A DNA stretch of 55,554 nt, taken from the IMG/VR virus record IMGVR_UViG_3300030325_000004, positions 1-55,554 of that record; one strand, written 5' to 3'. A model generated the notes under the pieces. The model was given only the letters and a program-made list of their open reading frames with translations. It was not told the DNA's origin and did no database searches. This document shows, piece after piece, positions 34,458-44,634 of the stretch. This stretch comes from a virus. Lineage: Duplodnaviria; Caudoviricetes. Numbering within the stretch: position 1 is the stretch's first letter; every line of letters begins with the position of its first letter. The translations under genes and the position numbers were made by a program.

Positions 34458-35042
34458 TTAAGCCTTGATCTCCGTGATGCGGAAGGAAGAAGTGGCAACG
34501 CCCCCGAAGATGGCCGTCCCCGCGTTTCCGTTCAGCGTAAAAGTTCCCGCAGTAGACCCGCCGACATTCAGCTTCAGGGTAGTGGCCGAGGTGGAGGCAG
34601 CCGTGAACTGATAGACCATCGTCAGGTGGACATCCTGATTGGTGGTCGTGGTCTGCATCGAAACGGCAGCAAGAGCATTCGCGGTGGCGTCTTGGAACAG
34701 GGCCGCAATGACATGCGCAGCCACCGAATACGCCCCAAAGATCGTCGCCTCTACTCGGATCAGGTTCCCGGTCGCGGAGGGCGTAAAAGCCACCGAAAAG
34801 AAGTTAGTTCCTTCGGTAGACTGGGGGATCGTATTGTCAAACGGGATGGTGGTCGTGCCCGTAAGGGTGGTCTGGGAAACAGTGGTCTGTGTCTTGACCA
34901 CGGAACCAGAACTACCAGATGCAGGGGTCTGGAAGGTGGCCGTCCCGGAACCGGTGGCAGTCAGAACCTGCCCGACAGTGGCCGTAGACGCGCCCTTGCA
35001 CTCATGAAGTGCGGGATCAGTCAGTGTAGAATGTCGCGCCAT
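34458..35042 (-). CDS. tail fibre-associated protein
   Basis: HSTLTDPALHECKG; IPFDNTIPQSTEG; ITEIK C-terminus. Confidence 0.7.
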   Translation of the reverse strand: MARHSTLTDPALHECKGASTATVGQVLTATGSGTATFQTPASGSSGSVVKTQTTVSQTTLTGTTTIPFDNTIPQSTEGTNFFSVAFTPSATGNLIRVEATIFGAYSVAAHVIAALFQDATANALAAVSMQTTTTNQDVHLTMVYQFTAASTSATTLKLNVGGSTAGTFTLNGNAGTAIFGGVATSSFRITEIKA

Positions 35043-35046
35043 ATAG

Positions 35047-35412
35047 TCACTCCGCTGTAATTATAGCCCCATATTGATCTTCCACAATATCCCAATCAGT
35101 ATGAACACCAGTAACGCCTAATCCAGCCTCATCAGATACGACATTACCGGATTCATCCATGATAATATCCTCAGTTTCGGTCAGGTCCACAACGATAAGA
35201 TCCAGATTCGCAATCCCATCTGCCCCCGAATCCCCCTTATCTCCCTTGTCCCCCTTGATGGGAGTGCCGGAAGTAGAAATCCCAGCTCCCACCGTTGGAG
35301 AATTACTAATATTAGTGGGATTTAGGACTTGGTTAGTAGTTTGCTTCTGGATAAGCTCAAGCGCCCGATTGAGGTCAGGCAGGGTGAGGTTAAGAACACG
35401 GTGGATGGTCAC
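35047..35412 (-). CDS. virion protein with a short collagen-like motif
   Basis: KGDKGDKGDSG. Confidence 0.65.
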   Translation of the reverse strand: MTIHRVLNLTLPDLNRALELIQKQTTNQVLNPTNISNSPTVGAGISTSGTPIKGDKGDKGDSGADGIANLDLIVVDLTETEDIIMDESGNVVSDEAGLGVTGVHTDWDIVEDQYGAIITAE

Positions 35413-35822
35413 GATGTAGAACTCGTCGGGGAAACGGTATATTCGATGGCTCTTGGCGCAGCATCGCCACAGATTTCAATGTCTAGCGAGTAACCGCGAG
35501 TTCCCACCGGCAACCCGAATCGGCGGTCCTTGCTGGGGGTTTCAGTCATTGTAATGGTCCCATCGGCAATCCAGACACCATCTACATAGGCCCTGATGTA
35601 TAGGCTGCCCGTGCCGTGGAATTCAATCTGCTGGAACCGCTTCCGTTCATCCGGCGCTCCGAAAGTCTGGGCTCCCGTGCGAACATGCAGAGGAATTCGG
35701 AGCGACCCATAGGGCGGAGCGAACCGATAGATAGACCTCCCGTTAAGCGTGGTAGGCGTGGCGCTAGAAAGTGTCGATTCGGCGGCATAGAAGGAGGTGA
35801 AATTATCAAGAGTCCCGGTCAT
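35409..35822 (-). CDS. tail protein resembling the C-terminal domain of podovirus nozzle proteins
   Basis: VRTGAQTFGAPDERKRFQQIEF... Confidence 0.6.
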   Translation of the reverse strand: MTGTLDNFTSFYAAESTLSSATPTTLNGRSIYRFAPPYGSLRIPLHVRTGAQTFGAPDERKRFQQIEFHGTGSLYIRAYVDGVWIADGTITMTETPSKDRRFGLPVGTRGYSLDIEICGDAAPRAIEYTVSPTSSTS

Positions 35823-35825
35823 GGA

Positions 35826-38207
35826 TCACCACAAAAGAACTTGCGCCCGCTGCGTTGAAGTTGCCCCGCTCATCGACACAAATCTATCAGTCCCGTAAAC
35901 GCTACAATTCCAGGTCCCATTGGGCACATTGGTGCTTACCCTGTAGAAGGTCTGGCAATCCGGCGTCAGATAAGAACCCCACGTAAGATTTGGTGTAGTA
36001 GGGGTTATAACGAACTGACCGTCCCCGTAGGAAACAGAACGGACTTGGACACCCGCATCCGGTAGACTGACAAGGTGCCAGGTTATCCCATCGCTTGACC
36101 ACATGACCTGATTTGAGGTAACAACATTCGCAACGGCAACATAGATCCCATTCCCATAGGCCACGCTGATCCAACTCTGGGAGGGCGCTGCGGTATGAGA
36201 AGTCCAGTTGATCCCATCGGGAGAGGTCATCGTTGTCCCGCCAGTGCACACCGCCACGAACTGCCCGCCACCATAGCAGATGGCCCTCCAATCCTGATTA
36301 GACGCAGTATTCCTGCTGGTCCAGGTGATGCCATCCGGCGATGTCATGGCCTGCCCGGTTGTGCCGTTAAGATAGGACAGGGCCGCGAAAACGCCATTTC
36401 CATAAGCCACGCATTGCCACTGTTTATTGGGGAATGTTGGGGCGGTCCATGTGATTCCGTCCGTAGAATAAACCACATAATTCGCGCCAGCATGAGTCCC
36501 GACCATCACATAGGTCCCATTGCCATATGCGGCACTCAGGAAGTTGGCCAGAACCGGCGAATTCCGCTGTGTCCAAGTAGAGCCATCGGGCGAAGTGAGA
36601 ATCCCATTCGTCCCGCTGGTATTGTCATTTGCCCCAGTAACAAACAGGCCATTCCCATAGGTCATGGCAGTCCACACTCGGGCATAGGCCGTATTGCCAA
36701 TCCAGTTGGCGACCTTCACATTGATTGTCTTGCTGGCAATGGCCGTCCCGCCAGTAGACGTGTCGGTAGCCGTCACCTTCGCCAGAAGGCTCCCCGTAGT
36801 GTTGAGATTCTTATTGACCGGGTTCCCGTAAAGGGTGTCTCCGTCGCTGAAGTCCCAACTATAATTGAACGTGCTCCCGGGATTGCCGACGGTGGAGGCA
36901 GAGGCCGTGAAATTGGCCCCTCCGCCGAGGATAAAGGAGCTTACCCCGGAGGGGGAATAGACGCGGATCTTCACCGACTGAGAAGTGGATGTAGCGGTCC
37001 CAACCGTAGCGACAACCTTGAAGGTGGACCCATCATCGAGATTGGATACAGCCTTTACGAGGGTCTGCGAGGTGGCGCCGACGATTGCCGTGTTATTTTG
37101 ATACCACTGGTAGGAAACGGTCCCGCTTGAAACCGCCTGCGCCGATAGGGTCAGCGTCCCGCCATTCGCCAGGGTCGTATCGGACGTGGCCGCAGCCGTC
37201 ACGGACACCGAATCCGGGATGGGTGTAGGAGTGTTGACGGTCAGCGTAGCCGTGGAAGAAGCAGCCGTCCCGTTGGCATCTACCACAGTGCAGTAGAAGG
37301 TATCGCCATTGGTGCAGGTTGTTACGTCAAGAACGATGCTAGAGTCGTAGCCCCCATATCCCTTAGTCGGAATCACCCAACTGGATGGGACCGGAGAGCC
37401 ATTCCGATACCAAGTCACGGTCGGAGTGGCATTACTGATGTATTTAACGCCCATGGCGATGGAGTTATAGGTTACCCCGCCAGAGGTCCAAGGAATCGTC
37501 GTGCTGGATGGCTGCGAATAGATGAATGGGGCCTGCGTACTGGAGAAAAGGATGACGCTACCCTTGCTCGTAGACGTGTCTGCCGTGAAGGCCGTAGCAG
37601 ATGGATTGGTCGTATAGAGCGTGTATTTATATCCGGTGGTAGCCGTAACCGATGGCGTCGTATAGGTAAACGCCAGATAAGACGCAAGGGTATTAAAGGT
37701 CTGGGTGGCGACCGTAGTCTCACTTCCGGTAGTCGGGTATACCTGCATCTGGGTGATATATACCGTCATCGGAAACGATGCAGTCGTTAGCGGAGCCCCA
37801 GTCCCGAGCGGATTCACATCGAGATAGAGCAACTTGGTTGTTCCATTTGGAACCGTCAGACAATTCCCATAAGAATTGAACATCCAGTTTGAATAGAACA
37901 GATCCGTGGTGATCTTCGGATAAATAACCTCAGAAAACCCATCCAATGGACTGAGTTTAAAAACGTGTGCATAGGTATCACCGGGTCCAGAGAATGACAG
38001 TGAACCGATGGAGGCGTTGGGGTTGGACGGGACCGTGCATGGGATCGTAACGGCGGTATTGTTATTGGCCGTCCCACTGGTAGTAACGCCGAATTGAGTG
38101 AAGATCCAAGTCACCGGGTAAGGGCCATCAAGCGCAAAGGTATAGTTCACGCTCTGCCCGACCGTAATAGTCCCAGATGGTTGGGTCATTTGGGTAATGG
38201 CGCTCAT
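35826..38207 (-). CDS. virion adhesin with Ig-like/PKD domains and a C-terminal beta-propeller
   Basis: SYQWYQN, YSWDFSDG (PKD), repeated YGNG.FV...SPDG.TWT. Confidence 0.8.
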   Translation of the reverse strand: MSAITQMTQPSGTITVGQSVNYTFALDGPYPVTWIFTQFGVTTSGTANNNTAVTIPCTVPSNPNASIGSLSFSGPGDTYAHVFKLSPLDGFSEVIYPKITTDLFYSNWMFNSYGNCLTVPNGTTKLLYLDVNPLGTGAPLTTASFPMTVYITQMQVYPTTGSETTVATQTFNTLASYLAFTYTTPSVTATTGYKYTLYTTNPSATAFTADTSTSKGSVILFSSTQAPFIYSQPSSTTIPWTSGGVTYNSIAMGVKYISNATPTVTWYRNGSPVPSSWVIPTKGYGGYDSSIVLDVTTCTNGDTFYCTVVDANGTAASSTATLTVNTPTPIPDSVSVTAAATSDTTLANGGTLTLSAQAVSSGTVSYQWYQNNTAIVGATSQTLVKAVSNLDDGSTFKVVATVGTATSTSQSVKIRVYSPSGVSSFILGGGANFTASASTVGNPGSTFNYSWDFSDGDTLYGNPVNKNLNTTGSLLAKVTATDTSTGGTAIASKTINVKVANWIGNTAYARVWTAMTYGNGLFVTGANDNTSGTNGILTSPDGSTWTQRNSPVLANFLSAAYGNGTYVMVGTHAGANYVVYSTDGITWTAPTFPNKQWQCVAYGNGVFAALSYLNGTTGQAMTSPDGITWTSRNTASNQDWRAICYGGGQFVAVCTGGTTMTSPDGINWTSHTAAPSQSWISVAYGNGIYVAVANVVTSNQVMWSSDGITWHLVSLPDAGVQVRSVSYGDGQFVITPTTPNLTWGSYLTPDCQTFYRVSTNVPNGTWNCSVYGTDRFVSMSGATSTQRAQVLLW

Positions 38208-40495
38208 ACTGGGCTCGTAATGGTTACAGTCGTTACCGGGGCCGCATTGTCGAATAAAACGTATGCGTTTTCAAACTCGTCTACGTGCGCGTCCAGAGCC
38301 TTCATGCCTAGTGTCGTGATGGGAAGTCCCGGCATTTGCAGATCAATCACGAAGGCTGTATTCCCGGCATAATCGTCCCCGGAATAGAACAGATAATACT
38401 TGCCGAGGTGGTAGAATGATTTGATGTATTTGTTATAGCCCTCGATGGTCCGCGTATTGTCAAGGGTAAAGACATACTGGTTGCCCTTGATGCTTTCTTC
38501 CCCAGCCAGATCCGCATAGTTACGGGTCATTATCGTGGGCATCCACCAGAATGGATAGGGGGAACTGAGCCGGGAGGGGGCAGTCAAGGTGGTTCCGGGA
38601 ATGCGCGTATCAGTTAGACACTCAGCCTTGGAACCATCGAAGATCATGATGCCGCGCTTAGACAGATACATCAGGCCCTTATCGGTTTTCTGGACCGAGT
38701 GGGGGGCAAAGCAACCATCTTCTGCATGGGTTTTGAACTGGCTCATCCCTGTAGCGGTATTTCCATCAATGCGGTAGATGGCGTCCTCGCAAAGAACGAT
38801 TAGGCCCTGTGCGAAAGAGGCAAGCGCAACGGGTTGGTAGCCAAAGGAAAGGGAAAAGGTTTCCGGCCACGCATCGGGCTGGAGAATGGGCGTCCAGCGC
38901 ACGGTATGGCCCGAAATGCCAAAGAGCATCCCATAGTGCAGCTCGATGCCCTGCAAGCCAAGCGGGGCCTTATCGAAGTCAACATCCTGCCCGTTTTCGG
39001 AATAGAACGAGGTCGGCGTTCCACCCAGCGCAGAGAATGGTTTGGCATCCGTATAGGTGGTTTTGTCTAGCGTGACTTCATCCACCAGATTCCAGATTCC
39101 CTGCTCACTTCGGTAGATTCTCCAGCGCCAGTAGTAGTTATTATTCGGGCACCATTTGACGGTGGTAAGCGTGATGGTTGCGGTCGTCAGTAGCGGGACA
39201 GAGAAGGATGACGCCGAAATGCGGGTAGCCTTGTAGAACCCCGAGACGGTCTGGCCGGTCCCGGTCCCGACGAGATAAACCATATCCCCAGTAGCCACGG
39301 ACGAAGCAGCCGTGTAGTTCACGATGGACTTCACCGGCTGGACCCTCGCCGTAGCGGGCAAGGGAGTCCCATCGCTCGGGATATTCACGCCCGAAACAGC
39401 GAAGTTATTAGCATCGATATAGATGATGTCATAGGTCTGGTTGGACCACACGGGGTCAGACAGGCCGTAGAAATAGCCCTTATCATCCGTGGAGAACCCA
39501 TGATTCGTCTTGGCGAACTTGGTCATTCCCGTGATGGAGTTATATGTAACCGCGACTCCACTTAACGATACCGGAGGATAGGAAGTTGCCGATACGGCGG
39601 GGATGGTTCCAGTTCCCGAGACAGCCGTAGCCACTCCGCTGGAATTGGTCACATCGAAATACCCGTCATTCAGGAAGTCTCGGGTGATGATCCGCCCCTG
39701 TGCCGCCGTAATTTCCTGCGAGGGGGATGAAAGCCCGGACTCGTCGAATACCCCGTTCACATTTCTCAGATAGGAATAGGCGTAGGTAAACGGCTGTTCC
39801 TGCTGGAACTGCGTGGCATTATCACCCGAAGAAGTGGTCGATCCCGTGTCAGCATAAGACAGCGCGGATGCCGGGACTTCCGTCAACCGGTATTGGGCAG
39901 TCTGTGTTCCCTCGAAGATAATGTAGCCAGTTGCCTTCGGAACCGCGCCCCAAGTCAGATTTACCGAAGCACCGGCATGGGTCGTATCATCTACCGTGAC
40001 AGAAACCGGGGCCGTGGGCGGCATGATGCCGTCCTTCGTTCTTGCGGAAATTCGGTACAGTCTTTCCCCATCGGGAAGATTCCCGGCTCCGGTATAAGAA
40101 ACAGATGCGGATAATCCCGAGGGGGAAAGATCTGTAGATTTGCCCACGGCCAATGGAGTCTTGGGCCTGGCCGTCCCGAGAAGGGCCGTAACCCCGCCAA
40201 TCGTCTTAGTAGGGTATTTCCCTTCCTCAGTGGTATAGACCCTCTCGATCCCACCAACAAATTCGCCCACATGGTCTTGCCATTTGTCGGAGTGAAACCA
40301 GCGCCCACGGTAGGACCATGACCGCGTTGTGGTAGATGGCGTTGCAAATTGCCACTCGGGGGCCTTGAACGGGCGGGGAGAGCCCGAGCGAAGGTCCACA
40401 TTATCGAGAACCGTTGCGAATCCTTCCGGCAGGATGGCCTTATCGCCAACCACATTGATTCCCTTCTCGAAGGAAAGCCGGTAGGTCTTGCTCAC
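38204..40495 (-). CDS. tail nozzle / stabilisation protein (P22 gp10-like)
   Basis: FEKGIN...LDNVDLRSG; PDAWP; GC.APHSV...YLSKRGI; position. Confidence 0.7.
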   Translation of the reverse strand: MSKTYRLSFEKGINVVGDKAILPEGFATVLDNVDLRSGSPRPFKAPEWQFATPSTTTRSWSYRGRWFHSDKWQDHVGEFVGGIERVYTTEEGKYPTKTIGGVTALLGTARPKTPLAVGKSTDLSPSGLSASVSYTGAGNLPDGERLYRISARTKDGIMPPTAPVSVTVDDTTHAGASVNLTWGAVPKATGYIIFEGTQTAQYRLTEVPASALSYADTGSTTSSGDNATQFQQEQPFTYAYSYLRNVNGVFDESGLSSPSQEITAAQGRIITRDFLNDGYFDVTNSSGVATAVSGTGTIPAVSATSYPPVSLSGVAVTYNSITGMTKFAKTNHGFSTDDKGYFYGLSDPVWSNQTYDIIYIDANNFAVSGVNIPSDGTPLPATARVQPVKSIVNYTAASSVATGDMVYLVGTGTGQTVSGFYKATRISASSFSVPLLTTATITLTTVKWCPNNNYYWRWRIYRSEQGIWNLVDEVTLDKTTYTDAKPFSALGGTPTSFYSENGQDVDFDKAPLGLQGIELHYGMLFGISGHTVRWTPILQPDAWPETFSLSFGYQPVALASFAQGLIVLCEDAIYRIDGNTATGMSQFKTHAEDGCFAPHSVQKTDKGLMYLSKRGIMIFDGSKAECLTDTRIPGTTLTAPSRLSSPYPFWWMPTIMTRNYADLAGEESIKGNQYVFTLDNTRTIEGYNKYIKSFYHLGKYYLFYSGDDYAGNTAFVIDLQMPGLPITTLGMKALDAHVDEFENAYVLFDNAAPVTTVTITSPV

Positions 40496-41193
40496 GCCTT
40501 GATCCCTTCGATGAAGTAACCCATGATCGTCGGGTAGAGATTCCCGCCCTTATCCTTGATAATGGCATTGAAGGTCCGGGTCGTGGTGGGGTTCGCACTA
40601 AGGATCAAACCCGCATCCCCGTTGCTGTCAGATCGCCCGCAGGGCCAGCTTTGGGCAAATGTCCCAGCGGTATTGGACCCCACGAAAAACACGATCCACT
40701 TGCAGTCGCTTTCATTCGCGGTCGTGCCATCGGGATAGGTGGGAAGGGGCACGGTCTGGGTAGCAGAAGTGGTGAAGGTAAGCAGCCCCACAGCACGAGC
40801 GATATTAGACTTCACTGTAATGGAAGTCGTGATACCCGCGACGGCCTCTGAGATCTTGGGGGCGATGCCGTTTAGAATCGTGGTGCTGGTATCCGAAAGA
40901 TTGGTCGTGGTCGCCAGATCCACGCCATTCAGCTTGGCGGAAGTAGTGAAATTGGGGGCATCATTCGGGGCCCATCCGGTCGCACCCGCAATAGCGCCGG
41001 TCATAGTCCCACCCGTTAGGGGGAGCATACCCAGATTCGCGTTATTCGCGTTCCCGATCAGAACCCATGCAGTAGAAGAGGTATTGGATTCGTAGATGTC
41101 GCCAGTGGTAGTGTCCTGGGCCTGATATCCAGCCACAGGAGTAGGGAGAGCGCCTGTCCCGATATAGCGGTTTCCAACAAGGGTGTAGGTCAT
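40492..41193 (-). CDS. tail/virion structural protein
   Basis: LPLTGGTMTG fibre motif. Confidence 0.65.
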   Translation of the reverse strand: MTYTLVGNRYIGTGALPTPVAGYQAQDTTTGDIYESNTSSTAWVLIGNANNANLGMLPLTGGTMTGAIAGATGWAPNDAPNFTTSAKLNGVDLATTTNLSDTSTTILNGIAPKISEAVAGITTSITVKSNIARAVGLLTFTTSATQTVPLPTYPDGTTANESDCKWIVFFVGSNTAGTFAQSWPCGRSDSNGDAGLILSANPTTTRTFNAIIKDKGGNLYPTIMGYFIEGIKA

Positions 41194-41856
41194 TTACATC
41201 TCCCGTTCGGCCTGTGTCCGGCTCGTATTCAACTTAGCGAGCAGAACCGGATCAGCATACCCAATCAACTGATTGAATTTGGTCATGTAGGAATCTGCAA
41301 GAGCGAGATTCTGGTTATCTCCGTCCAACTGCAAGAGCCAGAAGGCTGCCGCATATTTCAGGTATTCGTTATGCGGATCGGGGATTCTAGCATCCACGGT
41401 ATCCGCGTCCAGGGCCAGATCGGTTGGCTTCTGGACATAGCCCACAATAGCCGTATATGCGGGGCTCGGGATGGGGGTGAGCTTTACCTTGGCTCCACTC
41501 CAAAGAACCCACCTGCGGGGAGGATAGCCAGCGGTGGCCTGCGTGAGCGTCTGCCATGTATTGCTGTTATCCGACTCGAACTTGAAGCTGGACTCAATCA
41601 ACTGAGTCGCGGTCGTTCCACCCACATTGAAGATCACGCGCCGGACCCTGATGTAGTCAGTGGGTAGAGTCACAAACCCGCTGGCATCCGGGACGATGGG
41701 GGACGATTCCGCATAGGTGATGCCGGTCTTTACGGCATAGTCCTTGATAGCGAAATTGATTGCATCCTGATACATCTGGAGCGAGTAGGTGGTCAGCTGC
41801 GGATCACCTACGATGTACTGGGTCCATCCCCGGATGGTTTGAAGCGTCTGGGCCAT
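41194..41856 (-). CDS. head-tail adaptor protein
   Basis: LPTDYIRVRRV...P.P...IPDPHNEYLKYAA. Confidence 0.7.
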   Translation of the reverse strand: MAQTLQTIRGWTQYIVGDPQLTTYSLQMYQDAINFAIKDYAVKTGITYAESSPIVPDASGFVTLPTDYIRVRRVIFNVGGTTATQLIESSFKFESDNSNTWQTLTQATAGYPPRRWVLWSGAKVKLTPIPSPAYTAIVGYVQKPTDLALDADTVDARIPDPHNEYLKYAAAFWLLQLDGDNQNLALADSYMTKFNQLIGYADPVLLAKLNTSRTQAEREM

Positions 41857-42530
41857 TACAACCACCTTGTATCATAGGATCGGACTGCCCGCGCCGCGAA
41901 TACCTTCCCGACAGCTCTGGCCCGTCCCGACTGACCGAGTAGGGCACTTGCCTTCAGGAAGTCGATTTCGCGGTTGTAAAGAACCTCACGGTCCTTGGCC
42001 AGCCCCATGTTCTGACCGGGACCGGGCTGCATCAGGAGCATGGCCATCGCCCCCGCGATGATCGCTTCTTCAGCCTCTTCGGGGAGCGGGATGGTATCAA
42101 TCTCGCCCGAAGGGATGTAAGAGACAGTTACTTCCAGCGTGGAGACATCAGTAGGCGTCGGGTAAAGCTGGATGACCGAATTGCCCTGATAGGCCCAAGA
42201 GGTGATGACACCCGTGCTGTAATCGCGGTATTGCTCGTAATTATCAATCGTTGTCTGGTTGTATTCGTAGAGCGTCTTGTAGGACTGCATATCCGCGTCA
42301 TAGACACGGACCAGCATCACGCGGTAAATGGCCCCATTCGTGACTAGGCTCGACAAATCAACAGTGGGGGTAAGTGCAACAGTAGATGCCGTGACTACCT
42401 GCTGGGCATAGCCAGTCTGGCGGCAGATCTTACGGACGGTTTCCTGGATGGCGTAGATTGCCCGCGACTCCTCCAGATCCTCGCGGAATACCTTAACCTT
42501 CGGGAGCAAGGATCTGACGGTAATGGACAT
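41856..42530 (-). CDS. head-tail adaptor protein
   Basis: IQLYPTP...EAIIAGAMAMLLMQPG. Confidence 0.7.
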   Translation of the reverse strand: MSITVRSLLPKVKVFREDLEESRAIYAIQETVRKICRQTGYAQQVVTASTVALTPTVDLSSLVTNGAIYRVMLVRVYDADMQSYKTLYEYNQTTIDNYEQYRDYSTGVITSWAYQGNSVIQLYPTPTDVSTLEVTVSYIPSGEIDTIPLPEEAEEAIIAGAMAMLLMQPGPGQNMGLAKDREVLYNREIDFLKASALLGQSGRARAVGKVFAARAVRSYDTRWL

Positions 42531-42535
42531 TTGAT

Positions 42536-42808
42536 CTACCTCCCGTGCTTCAGGATAGCATCAATCAGAGAATCCTTCCTACGCCTATCGCATTCGATCT
42601 CAAAATCATCAGCGATTTTCTGCAATTCCTTCATGGAATAGCCCTTCAGTTGGTCTTCCGTATAAACCTCGGGGTCTTCCTCCCCCTCGACCTCGTGCAT
42701 GACGAGTCGGTAGCTTTCGGGGTCGCTCTTGGCGTAGGCGATGAGATTCGGATTGGGATCAAATTCAACGCCCGTCTTGGTGTTGAAGACACACTTAATG
42801 CTCTGCAT
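42536..42808 (-). CDS. Rho-N/HeH-domain small protein
   Basis: SMKELQKIA...KDSLIDAIL; typical position after the capsid gene. Confidence 0.7.
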   Translation of the reverse strand: MQSIKCVFNTKTGVEFDPNPNLIAYAKSDPESYRLVMHEVEGEEDPEVYTEDQLKGYSMKELQKIADDFEIECDRRRKDSLIDAILKHGR

Positions 42809-42821
42809 TCATCCTCCAAGG

Positions 42822-42850
42822 CTCGGGGGAGAGCCTAAACCCTCCCCCGG
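42822..42850 (-). terminator. hairpin after the major capsid gene
   Basis: cgggggag-loop-ctcccccg; weak U-tract. Confidence 0.5.
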
Positions 42851-42864
42851 CTTGTCATCGGTTA

Positions 42865-44140
42865 TTAGTAGACGCGGACACGAACCATCGCTTCCGGCTT
42901 GACCGTCTTGAAACCATAGACATTCAGGCCGCGAACCAGGGTGCCGAAAGTGCGCGGGTTGGGCAGCATCTCGGGCTTCTGGAACTGCGAAGCAAAGGCA
43001 AGGGCGCTGGAGTGACCCACGAGGCACTCCGAGGGGGCGCCGACGGTGGCACCATTGGCATTGAGGATGTTGTTGCTGATGTACACCTTCATGCCGTCGA
43101 TCTCACCGACATAGCCATTGCGCAGGGGAGACTTATCATCGCCCGTGATGAGGACCTGCTTCAGATCGGAGAGCTTCAGGTAGTTGGCGAACTGCGGGGT
43201 AATCACGGCCCAGCGGTTCCCATCGCGGGGAACATTGTTCGCATCAAGCACCTGACCGGCATTGAGCAGGGGGGTGATGTAGGTGGCGGTGGCCAGCGAA
43301 GAAAGCTGGAGGGGAGTCGTGACGCCAATGCTCGTGCCCACGGTATTGGCGGTGGCAACATCGGCATACACGGACTGGAGCACAGACTGGTCAATGGCGA
43401 CCTTCATCTGCATCGCAGCATCTTCCGTCAACTTCTCGATGATGGCGATGTCGCTCTGGTACTGATCGACATAGGTCACATTGAAGTTGTAACCCTTGGC
43501 CTTGTCGATCAGGAGAGTGATCGACTCATCGGACACATCCTGGACCGGCAGATCCGCATTCACCACATGATCGAAAATCTGGATCGTGGGGATCTTGCGA
43601 ATGACAACCTTATCGCCAGCGCCCTTGATATCCGTTCGTGTTATCGCTAGGCTCTTTATCCTAACTTCTACGGCTCTCACCGTAGACCAGACTATATCTT
43701 ATACCCGATTCTTGTAGGGACTCGGCTTGGTTTCCGAGTAGTGGAGAATGCTAAGGTAGTCCACCCAACAAAAGTCAAGTACCCCCGCGTTCGTGGCATC
43801 GTAGTCTTCGGCACCACCCGGTAAGACCCAATACTAGTCGTTGAACCTTCCGCAAGTTTCCTAGCGGCTTGGCTGCTGATTGCCCAATCCACGATCTTTT
43901 CGACCGTCGCGCTTGTCTTTTCAAACTTCGCTGTGGTGATCATGGCTCTAAGGGGTTTCCAGCAATTAACGGGGTTTAAGGAAGGCTCAATACAGAGGGT
44001 CAACCTTCCCAGTCATGGTTGGCGATAGCAGGGACGACAGACGCAGCATAGAACTTGGCCTGCATCTTGGCGGAGTAAATAGTGGGGACAAAGACGCCAG
44101 CAGCAAGGTTGGCACCAACGCGAGAAACAGAGAGACCCAT
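42865..44140 (-). CDS. major capsid protein (P22 coat-like), spliced: exon 1 44140-44003, exon 2 43632-42865, 301 aa
   Basis: MGLSV...FVPTIYSAKMQAKFY...NHDWEG | DIKGAGDKVVIRKIP...RGLNVYG; AGGAG RBS; the exons join in frame. Confidence 0.92.
43633..44002 (-). ncRNA. group I self-splicing intron (370 nt, no ORF)
   Basis: Exon ends in U with P1 GGAAGGU/GCCUUCC; P AAUUGCUGGAAA, Q AAUCAGCAG, R UUCAACGACUA, S AAGAUAUAGUCU; terminal G. Confidence 0.93.
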
Positions 44141-44150
44141 GTTTTACTCC

Positions 44151-44618
44151 TTAAAAAGCCTGATAGCCCTTGACCACGAACTGATAAACACCAGTGGTCA
44201 CGGGGGTTGCGCCAAGGGTAACGCGGACGGCATTGGCAGTAGAATAGAGCTTGCCACCGCTCCAGACATTGTTGACCGCAGGCGTGGTCGCGTAATCCGT
44301 GAGGATGTAAGCGCCGTCGGCGGCGGTAATGCCGGTCCCACTCGAAGCATTCAGGGTGGTGATGAAGCCGGTCGCGGAATCAGCGTCACCAACGGTAAAC
44401 GCCTGGGCCGTGCCAGCGGTAATCTGCTTGGCGAACACATTCTCCACCACGAAACCGGCGGGGAGAGTGATGATGTCAGCAGTCTTGCTGCCAGCAGAGG
44501 CAGCAGTGCCAGTGAACTTGGCAAAGTCGAGAGTCTTGGACAGAATCTGGAACCCAAGATCATGCGACTGGAACTTGCCATCAGCTCCACTGGTCAGATC
44601 ATAATCAGCAGCAGCCAT
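44151..44618 (-). CDS. capsid decoration/cement-like protein
   Basis: Beta-rich, LPAG..V...VGD...GF pattern; adjacent to the capsid gene. Confidence 0.6.
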   Translation of the reverse strand: MAAADYDLTSGADGKFQSHDLGFQILSKTLDFAKFTGTAASAGSKTADIITLPAGFVVENVFAKQITAGTAQAFTVGDADSATGFITTLNASSGTGITAADGAYILTDYATTPAVNNVWSGGKLYSTANAVRVTLGATPVTTGVYQFVVKGYQAF

Positions 44619-44634
44619 GTGCTACTCCTATAAA

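Noticed and set aside
43692-44003. 103-aa ORF as an intron-encoded endonuclease
   Set aside because: It has no HNH, GIY-YIG or LAGLIDADG motif and simply reads through the ribozyme core.
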